Assembly (NCBI GenBank): GCA_947499465.1
Contig: CANMOI010000004.1
Span: forward strand, 14,023 to 78,022
DNA from: Gemmatimonadales bacterium
GTDB lineage: Bacteria; Gemmatimonadota; Gemmatimonadetes; Longimicrobiales; Gaopeijiaceae
Reading direction: 5' to 3'
Length of the DNA stretch: 64,000 nt
Both the position numbers and the translations under genes were made by a program. Of this stretch, positions 8,404 through 18,732 are shown piece after piece; within the stretch, counting starts at the first letter, position 1, and each line of letters starts with the position of its first letter. The notes under the pieces are model-generated. The model ran no database searches and was not told the DNA's origin. It saw nothing but the letters and a program-made list of their open reading frames with translations.

Positions 8404-9570
8404 ATGAATATCGCCGTACCCAAAGAGACCCATCCGGGAGAGGAGCGGGTGGCGCTCGCTCCGGAGACTGTCAAGAAGCTGGCCAAGGCCGGGTTCAGCG
8501 TTGCGGTGGAGGCCGGGGCGGGGAAACCCGCATTCTTCTCGGACGAGTCTTACAAGGAGGCCGGAGCCACGGTCGAGGGGGACTATGCCAAGCTGCTCGG
8601 CTCGGCGGACATGGTCCTGAAGGTGGCTCCCCCCGTGACGGGCGGAGGCAGGAACGAGGTGGCCGCGATGAAGGAGGGGGCGATCTTCATCGCCTCCCTC
8701 CAGCCGCTCCGTAACCTCGAGCCGGTGAAGGCCCTGCAGGAGCGGAAGATCACCGCCTTCTCGACCGACGCGATCCCGCGCACCAGTCGCGCGCAGGCGA
8801 TGGACACCCTCTCCTCGATGGCCAACATCGCTGGCTACAAGGGCGCCCTGCTCGGTGCGGTCGAGATGAACAAGTACTACCCCATGCTGATGACCGCCGC
8901 CGGAATGGTCGCCCCTGCCAAGGTGTTCGTCATCGGCGCCGCGGTGGCCGGTCTCCAGGCGATCGCGACCGCCAAGCGCCTCGGCGCGCAGGTGACCGCG
9001 ACCGACGTCCGCCCCGAGGTGAAGGAGCAGATCGAATCGGTCGGCGCCAAGTACGTCGGGATCGAGCTCAAGGCGGACGCCTCTGCGGGGGGTGGTTACG
9101 CGAAAGAGCTGTCGGAGGAGGACAAGGCGCGCCAGCGCGAGATGCTGGTGGCGCAGTGCGCGCAGGTCGACGTGGTGATCACCACCGCGCTGATCGGCGG
9201 CATCTTCGCCCCGAAGCTGATCAACAAGGAAATGGTGATGAGCATGAAGGCGGGCTCGGTCATCGTCGACCTGGCGGCGGACGGCGGCGGCAACTGCGAG
9301 CTGTCTAAGCCGGGCGAGACGGTGGTCACGGAGAACGGCGTCACGATCCTGGCCCCGCTCAATCTCGCGGCCACCATGCCTACGCACGCCAGCCTGCTGT
9401 TTGGGCGCAACCTGCTCAACTTCATCACCACGTTCGCGAAGGATGGCGCGTTCGTCCTCGACCTGAACGACGACATCCAGGCCGGGGCGCTCATCACGCA
9501 CGAGGGTCAGGTCAAGCACGCCCGCACCAAGGATGCGCTGGAGAAGTCCGGCGCGATGGCGGCTCGGTGA
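8404..9570 (+). CDS. pntA: NAD(P) transhydrogenase alpha subunit part 1 (domain I)
   Basis: VPKET, RTSRAQAMDTLSSMANIAGYK, MLMTAAG, DLAADGGGNC. Confidence 0.93.
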   Translation: MNIAVPKETHPGEERVALAPETVKKLAKAGFSVAVEAGAGKPAFFSDESYKEAGATVEGDYAKLLGSADMVLKVAPPVTGGGRNEVAAMKEGAIFIASLQPLRNLEPVKALQERKITAFSTDAIPRTSRAQAMDTLSSMANIAGYKGALLGAVEMNKYYPMLMTAAGMVAPAKVFVIGAAVAGLQAIATAKRLGAQVTATDVRPEVKEQIESVGAKYVGIELKADASAGGGYAKELSEEDKARQREMLVAQCAQVDVVITTALIGGIFAPKLINKEMVMSMKAGSVIVDLAADGGGNCELSKPGETVVTENGVTILAPLNLAATMPTHASLLFGRNLLNFITTFAKDGAFVLDLNDDIQAGALITHEGQVKHARTKDALEKSGAMAAR

Positions 9571-9599
9571 TCCAAGCAACCGCAAAGGAGATTGCCCGG

Positions 9600-10004
9600 A
9601 TGTCCGGACGATTTGTCAACAATGGTGCGCCCTTCGCGCTCATGGCCGCGCTGGGCCTCGCGCTCGCCGGCCCACTGAGCGCGCAAGAGGCGGTGCACCC
9701 GGTCGTGGAAACCCCCGACTACTGGTCCCTGCTCTTCGTATTCGTGCTCTCGAGCTTCATCGGGCTGGGCGTGATCCGGCGCGTCTCGCGCCTACTGCAC
9801 ACGCCGCTCATGTCGATCACCAACGCGATCTCGGCGATCGCGGTGGTCGGATCGATCCTGGTCACCGGCGAGGATTATCCGCCGATGATCCGCGCGGTCG
9901 GCGCGGTCGCGCTCTTCTGCTCGATGACGAACATCGTGTCCGGGTTCCTGATCACGGACCGGATGCTCAAGATGTTCAAGACGAACGAAAAGGCGGGGCA
10001 CTGA
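9600..10004 (+). CDS. NAD(P) transhydrogenase alpha subunit part 2 (membrane) with N-terminal signal-like extension
   Basis: LHTPLMSITNAIS and NIVSGFLITDRMLKMF; AAGGAG Shine-Dalgarno before the ATG at 9600. Confidence 0.9.
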   Translation: MSGRFVNNGAPFALMAALGLALAGPLSAQEAVHPVVETPDYWSLLFVFVLSSFIGLGVIRRVSRLLHTPLMSITNAISAIAVVGSILVTGEDYPPMIRAVGAVALFCSMTNIVSGFLITDRMLKMFKTNEKAGH

Positions 10005-10005
10005 G

Positions 10006-11415
10006 ATGATCCCGTCACTCGTGCAGTTCGCGTATCTGATCGCGACCGGTCTGTTCGTCTTCTCGCTGCACTGGATGAACGACCCCAAGACGGCCCGGAA
10101 CGGCGTCATGGCGGGCGTCGTAGCCATGACGATCGCGATCCTGGCCACCTGGGCGCAGCCCGTCATCGTCCACCACTTCTGGATCGTGGTGGCGCTCGCG
10201 GCGGGGATCCTCGTCGGCGTTCCGCTCTCGCAGGTGCCGATCACCGCGGTTCCCCAGCGGACCGCGCTGTCGCACGCGTTCGGCGGTCTGGCGGCAGGGC
10301 TCGTGGGCTCGGCGAAGTTCTATCTGTGGTACGGCGAGGGTCCAGAGCAGCTGACCACGTTCCGCGTGGTCGCGATCATGGTCGAGGTGCTGCTCGGTTT
10401 CCTCACCTTCACCGGCAGCTTGCTCGCGGCCGGTAAGCTGCAAGAGGTGAAGTGGATCCCGCAGCGTCCGGTGACCTATCCGGGCCAGAACTTCATGAAC
10501 CTCGCGTTGCTCCTGACCGCGATCGGGATCGGCGTCTTCATCGTGCTGAACCCGGGCTCGACGCTGGCGCCCCAGCTGTTCCCGGTCGTCATCGCGATCT
10601 CGCTCGCGTTCGGCGTGCTGCTGATCATCCCGATCGGCGGCGCCGACATGCCGACCGTGATCGCGATCCTTAACGGCTACGCCGGACTATCGGCCGTTGC
10701 GATGGGCTTCGTGCTCGACAACAAGCTCCTGATCACCGCAGGCGCACTCGACGGATCGTCCGGGTTGATCCTGTCGCTCATCATGTGCAAGGCGATGAAC
10801 CGCTCGTTCACGAATGTGCTGTTCGGAGCGTTCGGTCAGGTGCAGGCAGCCAAGGCGGGCGGCGAGGTGAAGCAGTACAAGGCGGAGACCAACGAGGGTG
10901 CCGCGCAGGTGCTCGAGCAGTCGCAGCTCGTCGTCATCATCCCCGGCTACGGAATGGCCGTGTCGCAGGCGCAGCACAAGGTGCGCGAGCTGTACGACCA
11001 GCTGAAGAAGCGGGGGATCGACGTGAAGTTCGCGATCCATCCGGTGGCCGGCCGCATGCCCGGCCACATGAACGTGCTGCTGGCCGAGGCCGAGATCCCG
11101 TATACGGACCTGGTCGAGATGGACGACATCAACGGCGACATGCCGCAGTGCGACGTTGCGCTAGTCATCGGCGCGAACGACGTGGTGAATCCGGCGGCCC
11201 GCTACGACAAGTCGAGCCCGATCTACGGCATGCCGATCATCGCGGCGGACAAGGCCCGAACCACTTTCGCGATCAAGCGCTCGAAGAACCCGGGCTTCGC
11301 CGGGATCGACAACGAGCTCTACTTCGCGGACCACACCTGGATGCTCTTCGGTGACGCCAAAGCGGTGGTCGGCGACCTGGTCAAAGAGCTGAGCGGTGGG
11401 AGCGGGATGCACTAG
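10006..11415 (+). CDS. pntB: NAD(P) transhydrogenase beta subunit
   Basis: GGADMP, CKAMNRS, PGYGMAVSQAQ, HPVAGRMPGHMNVLLAEA. Confidence 0.96.
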   Translation: MIPSLVQFAYLIATGLFVFSLHWMNDPKTARNGVMAGVVAMTIAILATWAQPVIVHHFWIVVALAAGILVGVPLSQVPITAVPQRTALSHAFGGLAAGLVGSAKFYLWYGEGPEQLTTFRVVAIMVEVLLGFLTFTGSLLAAGKLQEVKWIPQRPVTYPGQNFMNLALLLTAIGIGVFIVLNPGSTLAPQLFPVVIAISLAFGVLLIIPIGGADMPTVIAILNGYAGLSAVAMGFVLDNKLLITAGALDGSSGLILSLIMCKAMNRSFTNVLFGAFGQVQAAKAGGEVKQYKAETNEGAAQVLEQSQLVVIIPGYGMAVSQAQHKVRELYDQLKKRGIDVKFAIHPVAGRMPGHMNVLLAEAEIPYTDLVEMDDINGDMPQCDVALVIGANDVVNPAARYDKSSPIYGMPIIAADKARTTFAIKRSKNPGFAGIDNELYFADHTWMLFGDAKAVVGDLVKELSGGSGMH

Positions 11416-11448
11416 GGCCGAACCCAGGGTCCGGCGAGAAGGGGGAGA

Positions 11449-11730
11449 TCACCACTCGATCTCCCCCTTTTTCGTCGTATCCACCGGAGCGCCTTCCCCG
11501 GAGCCGAACAGTACCGAGTCGATCTGCGCGTAAAGGAAGTCCCGCGCTTCCTGCTCCCTCGGGTCCAGGCCGTAGTGGTTGATCAGCGAAGTCTGGTGCT
11601 TCAGCCAATCCTTCCAGCAGTCCTGGCAGATCTCGGCGAGCAGGCGGTCGCCCAGCGGGTTCTTGAAGGGGGGGCGTTCGAGCTTGGGGGCATCGGTACG
11701 GCCACAGCGCCGGCAGGTGATCGTTTCCAT
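11449..11730 (-). CDS. yggX: Fe(II)-trafficking / oxidative damage protection protein
   Basis: PPFKNPLG...ICQDCWKDWLKHQTSLINHYGL. Confidence 0.85.
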   Translation of the reverse strand: METITCRRCGRTDAPKLERPPFKNPLGDRLLAEICQDCWKDWLKHQTSLINHYGLDPREQEARDFLYAQIDSVLFGSGEGAPVDTTKKGEIEW

Positions 11731-11911
11731 GGGGCGGACTACCCAGTCGCCTCCCCCCAGGTCCTTTTGCGCCCGTCCTGGCCGGTACGAACCCGTCCCC
11801 GAGGCGCTACCGGCGTGTCTCCCCGGGGACCGGTTTTCCCGTGGACTGGGAATGGCCGATGCGCTAGGTTTTCCCGTCTTTGTTTGGGCGTCCTCGACAA
11901 AGCGGGGCGGG

Positions 11912-12298
11912 ATGGCGGTTCTCAACAAGAAGCAGCTGGCCCACATCGAGAAGCGGCTGCTGGAAGAGCGGGCACGCGCGCTTCGGTCGCTGGGCCTCTT
12001 CGACGTGATGGCCAAGGCCGACCGCGAGTCGGGCGATTCGGACCTCTCGGCCTATACCGACCACATGGCCGACCAGGGCACCGAGGCGATGGAGCGAGAG
12101 AAGGCCGCTCTGTTCGCGACCAAGGAAGGCCGGTACCTGTATCGCCTCGAGGAGGCGCTGCGCCGGATGTACAACGATCCGGAGAACTTCGGGTCCTGCC
12201 ACACGTGCAAGAGCCCGGTGGGCTACGAGCGGCTCGACGCGCTGCCGCACGCGCGGTACTGCATCGACTGCAAGATCAAGGAAGAAGAGGCGGCGTAA
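11912..12298 (+). CDS. TraR/DksA C4 zinc-finger protein
   Basis: HMADQG coiled-coil tip; CHTC...RLDALP...CIDC. Confidence 0.9.
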   Translation: MAVLNKKQLAHIEKRLLEERARALRSLGLFDVMAKADRESGDSDLSAYTDHMADQGTEAMEREKAALFATKEGRYLYRLEEALRRMYNDPENFGSCHTCKSPVGYERLDALPHARYCIDCKIKEEEAA

Positions 12299-12310
12299 CG
12301 CCTCCCGGCT

Positions 12311-13474
12311 TCAGCGCGCCGCGGTCTTCCGCCGGTTCAGCAGGGCCAGCATCGCTTCGCCGACCGCTTCGGCCTGCCAACGCCGGAGGCCCGGCACGGT
12401 GGCCAGTTCCTCGGGCGTGAGCGGTTCCTTCCGGGCGATCTCCAGCAGCACCGCGTTCGGCATCAGCGTGCCGCGGTCGATCCCGAGCTCGTCGGCGCGC
12501 TTGTTCCGGATCTCCTTCAGCTTCTCGGCGCGCGCCTCCGCGTCCGGCGTCGGACGGCCGGGCCCTCCGCGCGAGCGGCGCGGGATCGGCTTGATGTCAC
12601 GATCCGGCAACAGCGCGATGCGCGCCATGCGCTCGAGGAGCTCCTGGCCCTCCTGGCGGGCGAGCGCGGGGCTGAACCCCTTCACCTCGCCGAGCTGCTC
12701 GGGCGTTCCCGGGCGCCGCACCACCAGCTCCAGCAGCGCCTGGTCCCCGGCGATCCGGAACGGCGCCTTGTCGCGCGCTTTCGCGAGCTTGTCGCGCCAG
12801 TCGAGCGCTTCGCGCAGGTAGGCCACCTCGCGCGGCGTGAGATCGCGCGCGCCCTTCACGCGCAGCGCGGGGTCGTCGTCGCCTTCCTCGGCGGGCGCCC
12901 CGTTCCAGCGCGCCTCCTCGAGGAAGCGGCACTCCTCCACGGCCCAGGACGTGCGTCCGGCCTCGCTCAGCTTCGCGCGCAGGATATTGGAGAGTTCGCG
13001 CAGGTGCATGGTGTCGCCCGCCGCGTATTCGAGCATGTCGTCGGGCAGGGGACGCCGCGCCCAGTCCGCGCGCTGGAATTTCTTGGAGATCTTGAGGCCG
13101 AGGTACTTCTCGAGCAGGGCCGACAGGCCGAGCGCGCTTTCGCCCAGGACCGCGGCGGCCACCTGGGTGTCGAACAGGCCGCGCAGCTGGACCCCCAGGT
13201 CACGATCGAGTAGCCGGAGGTCGTAGTCCGCCCCGTGCATGAGGATCTCGGTGCCGGGATCCTCGAGCGGACCCCGCAGGGCGTCGCTGGGGTCGAAGGC
13301 GAGCGGATCGACGATCAGGGTGCCGCCGGCGGTGGTGATCTGGAGCAGGCAGACCCGGTCGGAGTACCGGTGGAATCCAGCCGCTTCGCTGTCCAGCGCG
13401 ATCCAGGTCTGGCCGGTGAGGTCGCGGCGTAGCTGCGGGACCTGGGCTGGGTCATCGACCAAGGTGAAGGACAT
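12311..13474 (-). CDS. rnd: Ribonuclease D (3'-5' exonuclease with HRDC domains)
   Basis: ALDSE, HGADYD, FDTQVAA, QRADW, YAAGD. Confidence 0.9.
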   Translation of the reverse strand: MSFTLVDDPAQVPQLRRDLTGQTWIALDSEAAGFHRYSDRVCLLQITTAGGTLIVDPLAFDPSDALRGPLEDPGTEILMHGADYDLRLLDRDLGVQLRGLFDTQVAAAVLGESALGLSALLEKYLGLKISKKFQRADWARRPLPDDMLEYAAGDTMHLRELSNILRAKLSEAGRTSWAVEECRFLEEARWNGAPAEEGDDDPALRVKGARDLTPREVAYLREALDWRDKLAKARDKAPFRIAGDQALLELVVRRPGTPEQLGEVKGFSPALARQEGQELLERMARIALLPDRDIKPIPRRSRGGPGRPTPDAEARAEKLKEIRNKRADELGIDRGTLMPNAVLLEIARKEPLTPEELATVPGLRRWQAEAVGEAMLALLNRRKTAAR

Positions 13475-13643
13475 GCGGCTGGCGGGCGTCTCCCTGTTGG
13501 AATGGGCCGGGCCGCCACGTGCCGACGGATACGACCCTCGGCGTTTGATTACTCCTCGGGAATCCTGCCGTTCCGGCGCCTTGCGGTGGCTTGGGCGCTT
13601 GGGCAGGTTGACCGGCTTCGATATAACAGGACTTCAGGAGCTT

Positions 13644-15071
13644 ATGCTCAGAACGAAGATGGTTTGCACGCTGGGCCCGGCCAGCTCGTCGCCGGAGATC
13701 ATCGGCCAACTGGTCGCGAGCGGGCTCAACATGGCCCGCCTCAACATGTCGCACGGGAATCACGAGGCCCACGCCCGGAACATCGACCTGGTCCGGCAGG
13801 CCTCCGACGCGCACGGCCGCCCGGTCGCGATCCTCGCCGACCTCGCGGGCCCCAAGATCCGGGTCGGCGATCTGGCCGCCCCGATCGAGCTGGTGCGCGG
13901 GGCGCAGGTGGTGATCGCGCCCGAGGGCACCGAGGACCAGTCGGAGGGCGAGATCCCCACCACCTACAAGGTGCTGGCGGAGGATCTGCAGCCCGGCAAC
14001 CACGTTCTGATGGACGACGGCCTGCTCGAGCTCGAGACCATCCGTTCGGAGGGACAGCGCGCGATCCTCCGGGTGATCCGCGGCGGTACGTTGCGCAGCC
14101 GGAAGGGGATCAACCTCCCGGGCGTCGCGGTGCGCGCCAACGCGATGACGCCCAAGGACGAGCGTGACCTCGAGTTCGCGCTGTCGCACGGTGTCGAGTA
14201 CATCGGGCTCTCGTTCGTGCGCCGGGTGCGCGACGTCGTCCGCCTGAAGGAGATCATCAAGAAGCGCGCGCTGATCGTGGCCAAGATCGAGCGCGCGAGC
14301 GCGCTCCTGTCGATCGAGGAGATCCTGGCCGAGACCGACGCGGTGATGGTCGCGCGCGGCGACCTCGGCGTCGAGCTGCCGTTCGAGAGCGTCCCGCTCG
14401 CGCAGAAGAAGATCATCCAGCTGGCCAACTACTACGCGCGGCCCGTGATCACCGCGACGCAGATGCTCGAGTCGATGATCGAGCATCCCCGGCCGACCCG
14501 AGCGGAAGCGTCCGACGCCGCCAACGCGGTGCTCGACGGGAGCGACGCGCTCATGCTCTCGGGCGAGACCGCGGCGGGCCAGTATCCAGTGCAGGCGCTC
14601 GACGCGCTCGTGCGCATCGCGACCGAGATCGAGGGCTCGGGCGTGCTGGAGCGCGGCCCGCGCTACCTGACGCACATGGGTCCCGACGCGCGCCACGGCG
14701 CCTCCTCGCGCGAGCACGCGATCGCGTCGGCCACGGTGGACGCGGCGCGCCAGCTCGGGGCTCCGGCGATCCTGGTCATCACGCGCAGCGGGTTCTCCGC
14801 CCGTCTGGTCTCGAGCTATCGCTCCGAGATCCCGGTGTTCGCGCTCTGCGACGACCCGGCCACGTTCCGGCAGCTCGCCGCGGTGTGGGGCGTGCACCCC
14901 GTGATGTGGGACGGCGCCGAGGAGGTCACCTACGAGGCGGCGCTCGCGTTCGGGAAGCGCTGCGTGCTGGAAGCGGGCATGGGCAAGCAGAATGATTCGG
15001 TCGTGGTGACGGCCGGTGTGCCGTTCCACACCTCCGGTAGCACCAACACGATGCGCGTGGAGCAGCTCTGA
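13644..15071 (+). CDS. pyk: Pyruvate kinase
   Basis: TKMVCTLGPAS, RLNMSHG, MVARGDLGVE, TQMLESM. Confidence 0.97.
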   Translation: MLRTKMVCTLGPASSSPEIIGQLVASGLNMARLNMSHGNHEAHARNIDLVRQASDAHGRPVAILADLAGPKIRVGDLAAPIELVRGAQVVIAPEGTEDQSEGEIPTTYKVLAEDLQPGNHVLMDDGLLELETIRSEGQRAILRVIRGGTLRSRKGINLPGVAVRANAMTPKDERDLEFALSHGVEYIGLSFVRRVRDVVRLKEIIKKRALIVAKIERASALLSIEEILAETDAVMVARGDLGVELPFESVPLAQKKIIQLANYYARPVITATQMLESMIEHPRPTRAEASDAANAVLDGSDALMLSGETAAGQYPVQALDALVRIATEIEGSGVLERGPRYLTHMGPDARHGASSREHAIASATVDAARQLGAPAILVITRSGFSARLVSSYRSEIPVFALCDDPATFRQLAAVWGVHPVMWDGAEEVTYEAALAFGKRCVLEAGMGKQNDSVVVTAGVPFHTSGSTNTMRVEQL

Positions 15072-15841
15072 AGCTCACCTTCCTCGGCACCGGCACCTCG
15101 TTCGGCATCCCCGTTCTGGGATGCCGCTGCGCAGTGTGTGCCTCGGACGACCCGCGCGACCAGCGCACGCGGAGCGGCGCGCTGCTCGACCTGCCCGAGG
15201 GGCGCCTGCTGATCGACGCGCCGCCCGAGCTTCGCATCCAGCTGCTGCGGGAAGGCGTGACCGCGCTCGGCGGGGTCTGGATCACCCACACGCACGCGGA
15301 CCACATTCACGGCATTGACGACCTGCGCGCGTTCTCCGCGCGCGAGCCGGTCACGCTGTGGGTGCCGGAGATGCACCGGTTCGAGCTGCGTACGCGCTTT
15401 CCGTACATCTTCGACCCCACCGTCGCACTCCAGCCCGGGACCACCAAGCCCGAGTTCGAGGTTCGGGCGTTCCGGCCGCTCGAGCCGCTTCCCGTGCTCG
15501 GGACCGACATCGTCCCCCTCCCGGTGCCGCACGGGGTCACGACCGTTTTCGGCTTCCGCGCCGGGCCGCTCGGCTACGTGACCGACGGAAAGTCCCTGCC
15601 ACCGGCCACGCTCGCGGCGCTCGAGGGAGTGGATACGTTGGTGCTGAACGCGCTCTGGTGGGGCTCTCCGCATCCGACCCACTTCAACATCGAGGAGGCT
15701 CTCACGGCGGCCGCGGCGGTCGGCGCGGAGCGGACCTACCTCGTGCACATGACGCACCGCGTAAGTCACCGCGAGCTCGCGGGAAAGCTTCCCCCGGGCG
15801 TCTTCCCCGCATATGACGGTCTGTCCGTCGAGGTGGGCTGA
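15068..15841 (+). CDS. MBL-fold metallo-hydrolase, PhnP-like
   Basis: LTFLGTGTS, GCRCAVC, THTHADH; probable CTG start overlapping the pyk stop. Confidence 0.88.
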   Translation: MKLTFLGTGTSFGIPVLGCRCAVCASDDPRDQRTRSGALLDLPEGRLLIDAPPELRIQLLREGVTALGGVWITHTHADHIHGIDDLRAFSAREPVTLWVPEMHRFELRTRFPYIFDPTVALQPGTTKPEFEVRAFRPLEPLPVLGTDIVPLPVPHGVTTVFGFRAGPLGYVTDGKSLPPATLAALEGVDTLVLNALWWGSPHPTHFNIEEALTAAAAVGAERTYLVHMTHRVSHRELAGKLPPGVFPAYDGLSVEVG

Positions 15842-17196
15842 TGGTCGTTGATTTCAACCTGATGCTTTCGCCCGGCGTGGCGGACGGCGTGGATCCCGCC
15901 AGGCTCACGGGTCCGCTCGCCGCGCGTTTCGCCGACGCCTATCGCGCCGTCGAGGCGCGCAGGGAGAAGGGCGAGATCGGATTCTTCGATCTGCCGTGGA
16001 CCTCCGAGACGACCCGCCACGTGCAGGAGGTGGCGGACTCGTTCGGGCAGTGGTTCGAGAACGTCGTGCTGCTGGGCATCGGAGGGAGCGGCCTCGGCGC
16101 GGTCACGCTGCGCGACGCGCTGCTCGCGCCGCACTGGAACGAGCGCGACACCGAAGGGCGCGACTACTTCCCGCGGCTCTACGTGCTCGACAATCCCGAT
16201 CCCGCGACGGTCGGCCCCCTGCTCGACCGCCTGGATCTCAGGAAGACGCTGTTCAACGTGGTCAGCAAGTCGGGCTCGACCGCCGAGACGATGGCGCTCT
16301 ATCTCGTCATCCGGGAGCGTCTCGCCGTGTTGGTGGGCGAGGAAAAGGTGCGCGGACACTTCATCTTCACGACCGATCCCGAGAAGGGCGCGCTCCGCCA
16401 CATCGCGGACGCGGAGAAGATCCCGACGCTGTCGGTGCCGCCCAACGTCGGCGGCCGGTTCTCGGTGCTGACCCCGGTGGGACTCTGGCCCGCTGCCGTG
16501 ACCGGAGTGGACATCGCCGCGCTGCTCGCGGGCGCGGGTGCCATGGAGGAGCGCTGCCGCACCGACAAGCTGCTCGAGAACCCCGCGGGAGTCCTCGCGA
16601 CGCTGCTCCATCACGCGACGACGGAAGACGGCAAGCCGATCCACGTGCTCATGCCGTACAGCGACCGGCTGCGCTCGTTCGCGCTCTGGTTCCAGCAGCT
16701 CTGGGCGGAGTCGCTCGGCAAGGCGGGCACGGGTCCCACGCCCCTCCCGGCCGTCGGGGCGACCGATCAGCACTCGCAGGTCCAGCTCTTCATGGAGGGC
16801 CCGCGCGACAAGGTCGTGATCTTCCTCGCGGTGAAGGTCGACGGCGATCCGGTCGCGATCCCGGCGCTCCACCCCGAGATCGTCGAGCTGGGCTATCTGG
16901 GCGGCCACACCCTGGCCGAGCTGCTCGACTCGGAGCGGCGGGCCACGGCCGAGGCGCTCCGGCAGGCCGGTCGGCCCAGCATCACGATCGAGCTGGAAAA
17001 GGTGGACGCCGCCACGCTCGGGGCCCTCTTCATGCTGTTCCAGATCGCCACCGTGTATGCCGGGGCCCTGGCCGGGGTCGATCCCTTGGACCAGCCGGGG
17101 GTGGAGCTGGGGAAGCGCCTGACCTACGGGCTCCTGGGCCGGGAGGGGTTCTCGCCCCCCTCGTTCGGGCACGCCGATCCCCGCTGGCGGGTATAG
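15841..17196 (+). CDS. pgi: Glucose-6-phosphate isomerase
   Basis: GIGGS, SKSGSTAET, GGRFS, QLWAESLGK, DQPGVELGK. Confidence 0.96.
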   Translation: MVVDFNLMLSPGVADGVDPARLTGPLAARFADAYRAVEARREKGEIGFFDLPWTSETTRHVQEVADSFGQWFENVVLLGIGGSGLGAVTLRDALLAPHWNERDTEGRDYFPRLYVLDNPDPATVGPLLDRLDLRKTLFNVVSKSGSTAETMALYLVIRERLAVLVGEEKVRGHFIFTTDPEKGALRHIADAEKIPTLSVPPNVGGRFSVLTPVGLWPAAVTGVDIAALLAGAGAMEERCRTDKLLENPAGVLATLLHHATTEDGKPIHVLMPYSDRLRSFALWFQQLWAESLGKAGTGPTPLPAVGATDQHSQVQLFMEGPRDKVVIFLAVKVDGDPVAIPALHPEIVELGYLGGHTLAELLDSERRATAEALRQAGRPSITIELEKVDAATLGALFMLFQIATVYAGALAGVDPLDQPGVELGKRLTYGLLGREGFSPPSFGHADPRWRV

Positions 17197-17268
17197 CAAT
17201 TGCACGCTCCGCTCCCCAGCGGACACATTGAGGTGTGGGAATCGAGCCGCGAGCCAGGAGATCGGACT

Positions 17269-17700
17269 ATGCGGGACCGGGATGAGGATCAGCCGTACAT
17301 CGTGATCGAGCGGGAGAAGGGCAGCAACGTAGGTGCGTTCTTGCTGGGCGCCCTGGTGGGTGCCGGCATCGCCCTCCTGTTCGCTCCGATGAGCGGCGAG
17401 GAGACGCAGGAGGAGATCAAGAAGCGCGCGCGGAAGCTCCTCCAGCAGGCCGAGGAGCGCGTGCGTGCCGCGCAGCACGAGCTCGAGAGCCGTCTCGACC
17501 AGGCCCGCGCGGGCGTGCAGAGTCGCGTGGATGGAGTGAAGGGCGCGGTCGAGTCCGGCCGTCAGGCCGCGCACGACGCGCGCGCCGATCTCGAGCAGCG
17601 CCTCGAGCAGTCCAAGGCGGCTTACCGTGCGGGCATCGACGCCGCGCGCGGGGCTCCTCGTGCGCCGGGCTCGCCCGGGGCCTCGGAGCCGGGCGCCTGA
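17269..17700 (+). CDS. YtxH domain protein
   Basis: FLLGALVGAGIALLFAPMSGEET followed by a coiled coil. Confidence 0.85.
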   Translation: MRDRDEDQPYIVIEREKGSNVGAFLLGALVGAGIALLFAPMSGEETQEEIKKRARKLLQQAEERVRAAQHELESRLDQARAGVQSRVDGVKGAVESGRQAAHDARADLEQRLEQSKAAYRAGIDAARGAPRAPGSPGASEPGA

Positions 17701-17754
17701 CCCCTCCGTCCGAGGTGACCCCTTCACGACGGGCCGAGCACCGAGACGAGTGAC

Positions 17755-18732
17755 ATGGAGCGGACGGGCGACGAGGCCCGTCCGCTTCCTGTTTCAGCGC
17801 CCCCTCGCGCCGCGCCGCTGCCGCCACCCACCCGTGGCCAGCGGGTCCGCTGGTTCTTGAAGCGCGTGTACGACAAGGCCGGGGACGACAATATCTTCTT
17901 CCTCGCCGGCGCGATCGCGTTCAACCTGCTCGTCGCGATCATCCCCCTGCTCCTCTTCTCGGTTGGCGTCGCGGGCATCTTCCTCGCCGCGCGCTTCGGC
18001 GACCCCACCACCGTGGTCGTCAACCTCCTGCTCGATTACCTCCCGGTGGTCGGCGGCAACGTCAACCTCGTGCAGACCGTGCGCGATGCGATCGACGGCG
18101 TGGTGGAAGGCCGCACGGGCTTCACCACGGTCGGCGCCGTCCTGCTCATCTGGTTCTCGACCCGTCTGGTCGGCACGCTGCGCACGGTGCTCCAGGAAGT
18201 GTTCGACGTCGCCCAGGACCGCGGCATCGTCGGCGGGAAGATCTTCGACGCCAAAGTGGTGATCATCGGCGGCGCGCTGATCCTCGTGAACCTGGGGATC
18301 ACCACCGAGATGGAGTCGGCCAAGGACCTGGGCATGCTGGCGCTGGGCACGAGGGGGGTGAGCGGCCAGGCGCTCTCGATCCTCCAGGTCGTGTGGCGGT
18401 TCGCCATATCCTATGGCACCGCCTGGGTCCTCTTCCTGGGGTTGTATCGCTACCTGCCCGCGCGCTGGATCCCCTGGAAGACTGCCATTGTGGCGGCGAG
18501 CTTCACGGCGACGCTGTTCGAGGTCCTCAAGTATGCGTTCAGCTGGTACGTGACCCGGGTGGCGGACTACGGCTCCACGTACGGGAATCTGATCACGATC
18601 GCGATCCTGTTTTTCCGGATCTATTACGGCTCGATCGTGTTTGTCTTGGGGGGGGAGGTCGCCCAGGTCTGGACCATGCGGCGGGCCCTCCGGAGCACGC
18701 GGGCAGGTACCCTGTTCAAGGATGCGGTGTGA
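17755..18732 (+). CDS. YihY/BrkB family membrane protein
   Basis: AGAIAF, LYRYLP and YGSTYG; multiple TM segments. Confidence 0.88.
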   Translation: MERTGDEARPLPVSAPPRAAPLPPPTRGQRVRWFLKRVYDKAGDDNIFFLAGAIAFNLLVAIIPLLLFSVGVAGIFLAARFGDPTTVVVNLLLDYLPVVGGNVNLVQTVRDAIDGVVEGRTGFTTVGAVLLIWFSTRLVGTLRTVLQEVFDVAQDRGIVGGKIFDAKVVIIGGALILVNLGITTEMESAKDLGMLALGTRGVSGQALSILQVVWRFAISYGTAWVLFLGLYRYLPARWIPWKTAIVAASFTATLFEVLKYAFSWYVTRVADYGSTYGNLITIAILFFRIYYGSIVFVLGGEVAQVWTMRRALRSTRAGTLFKDAV

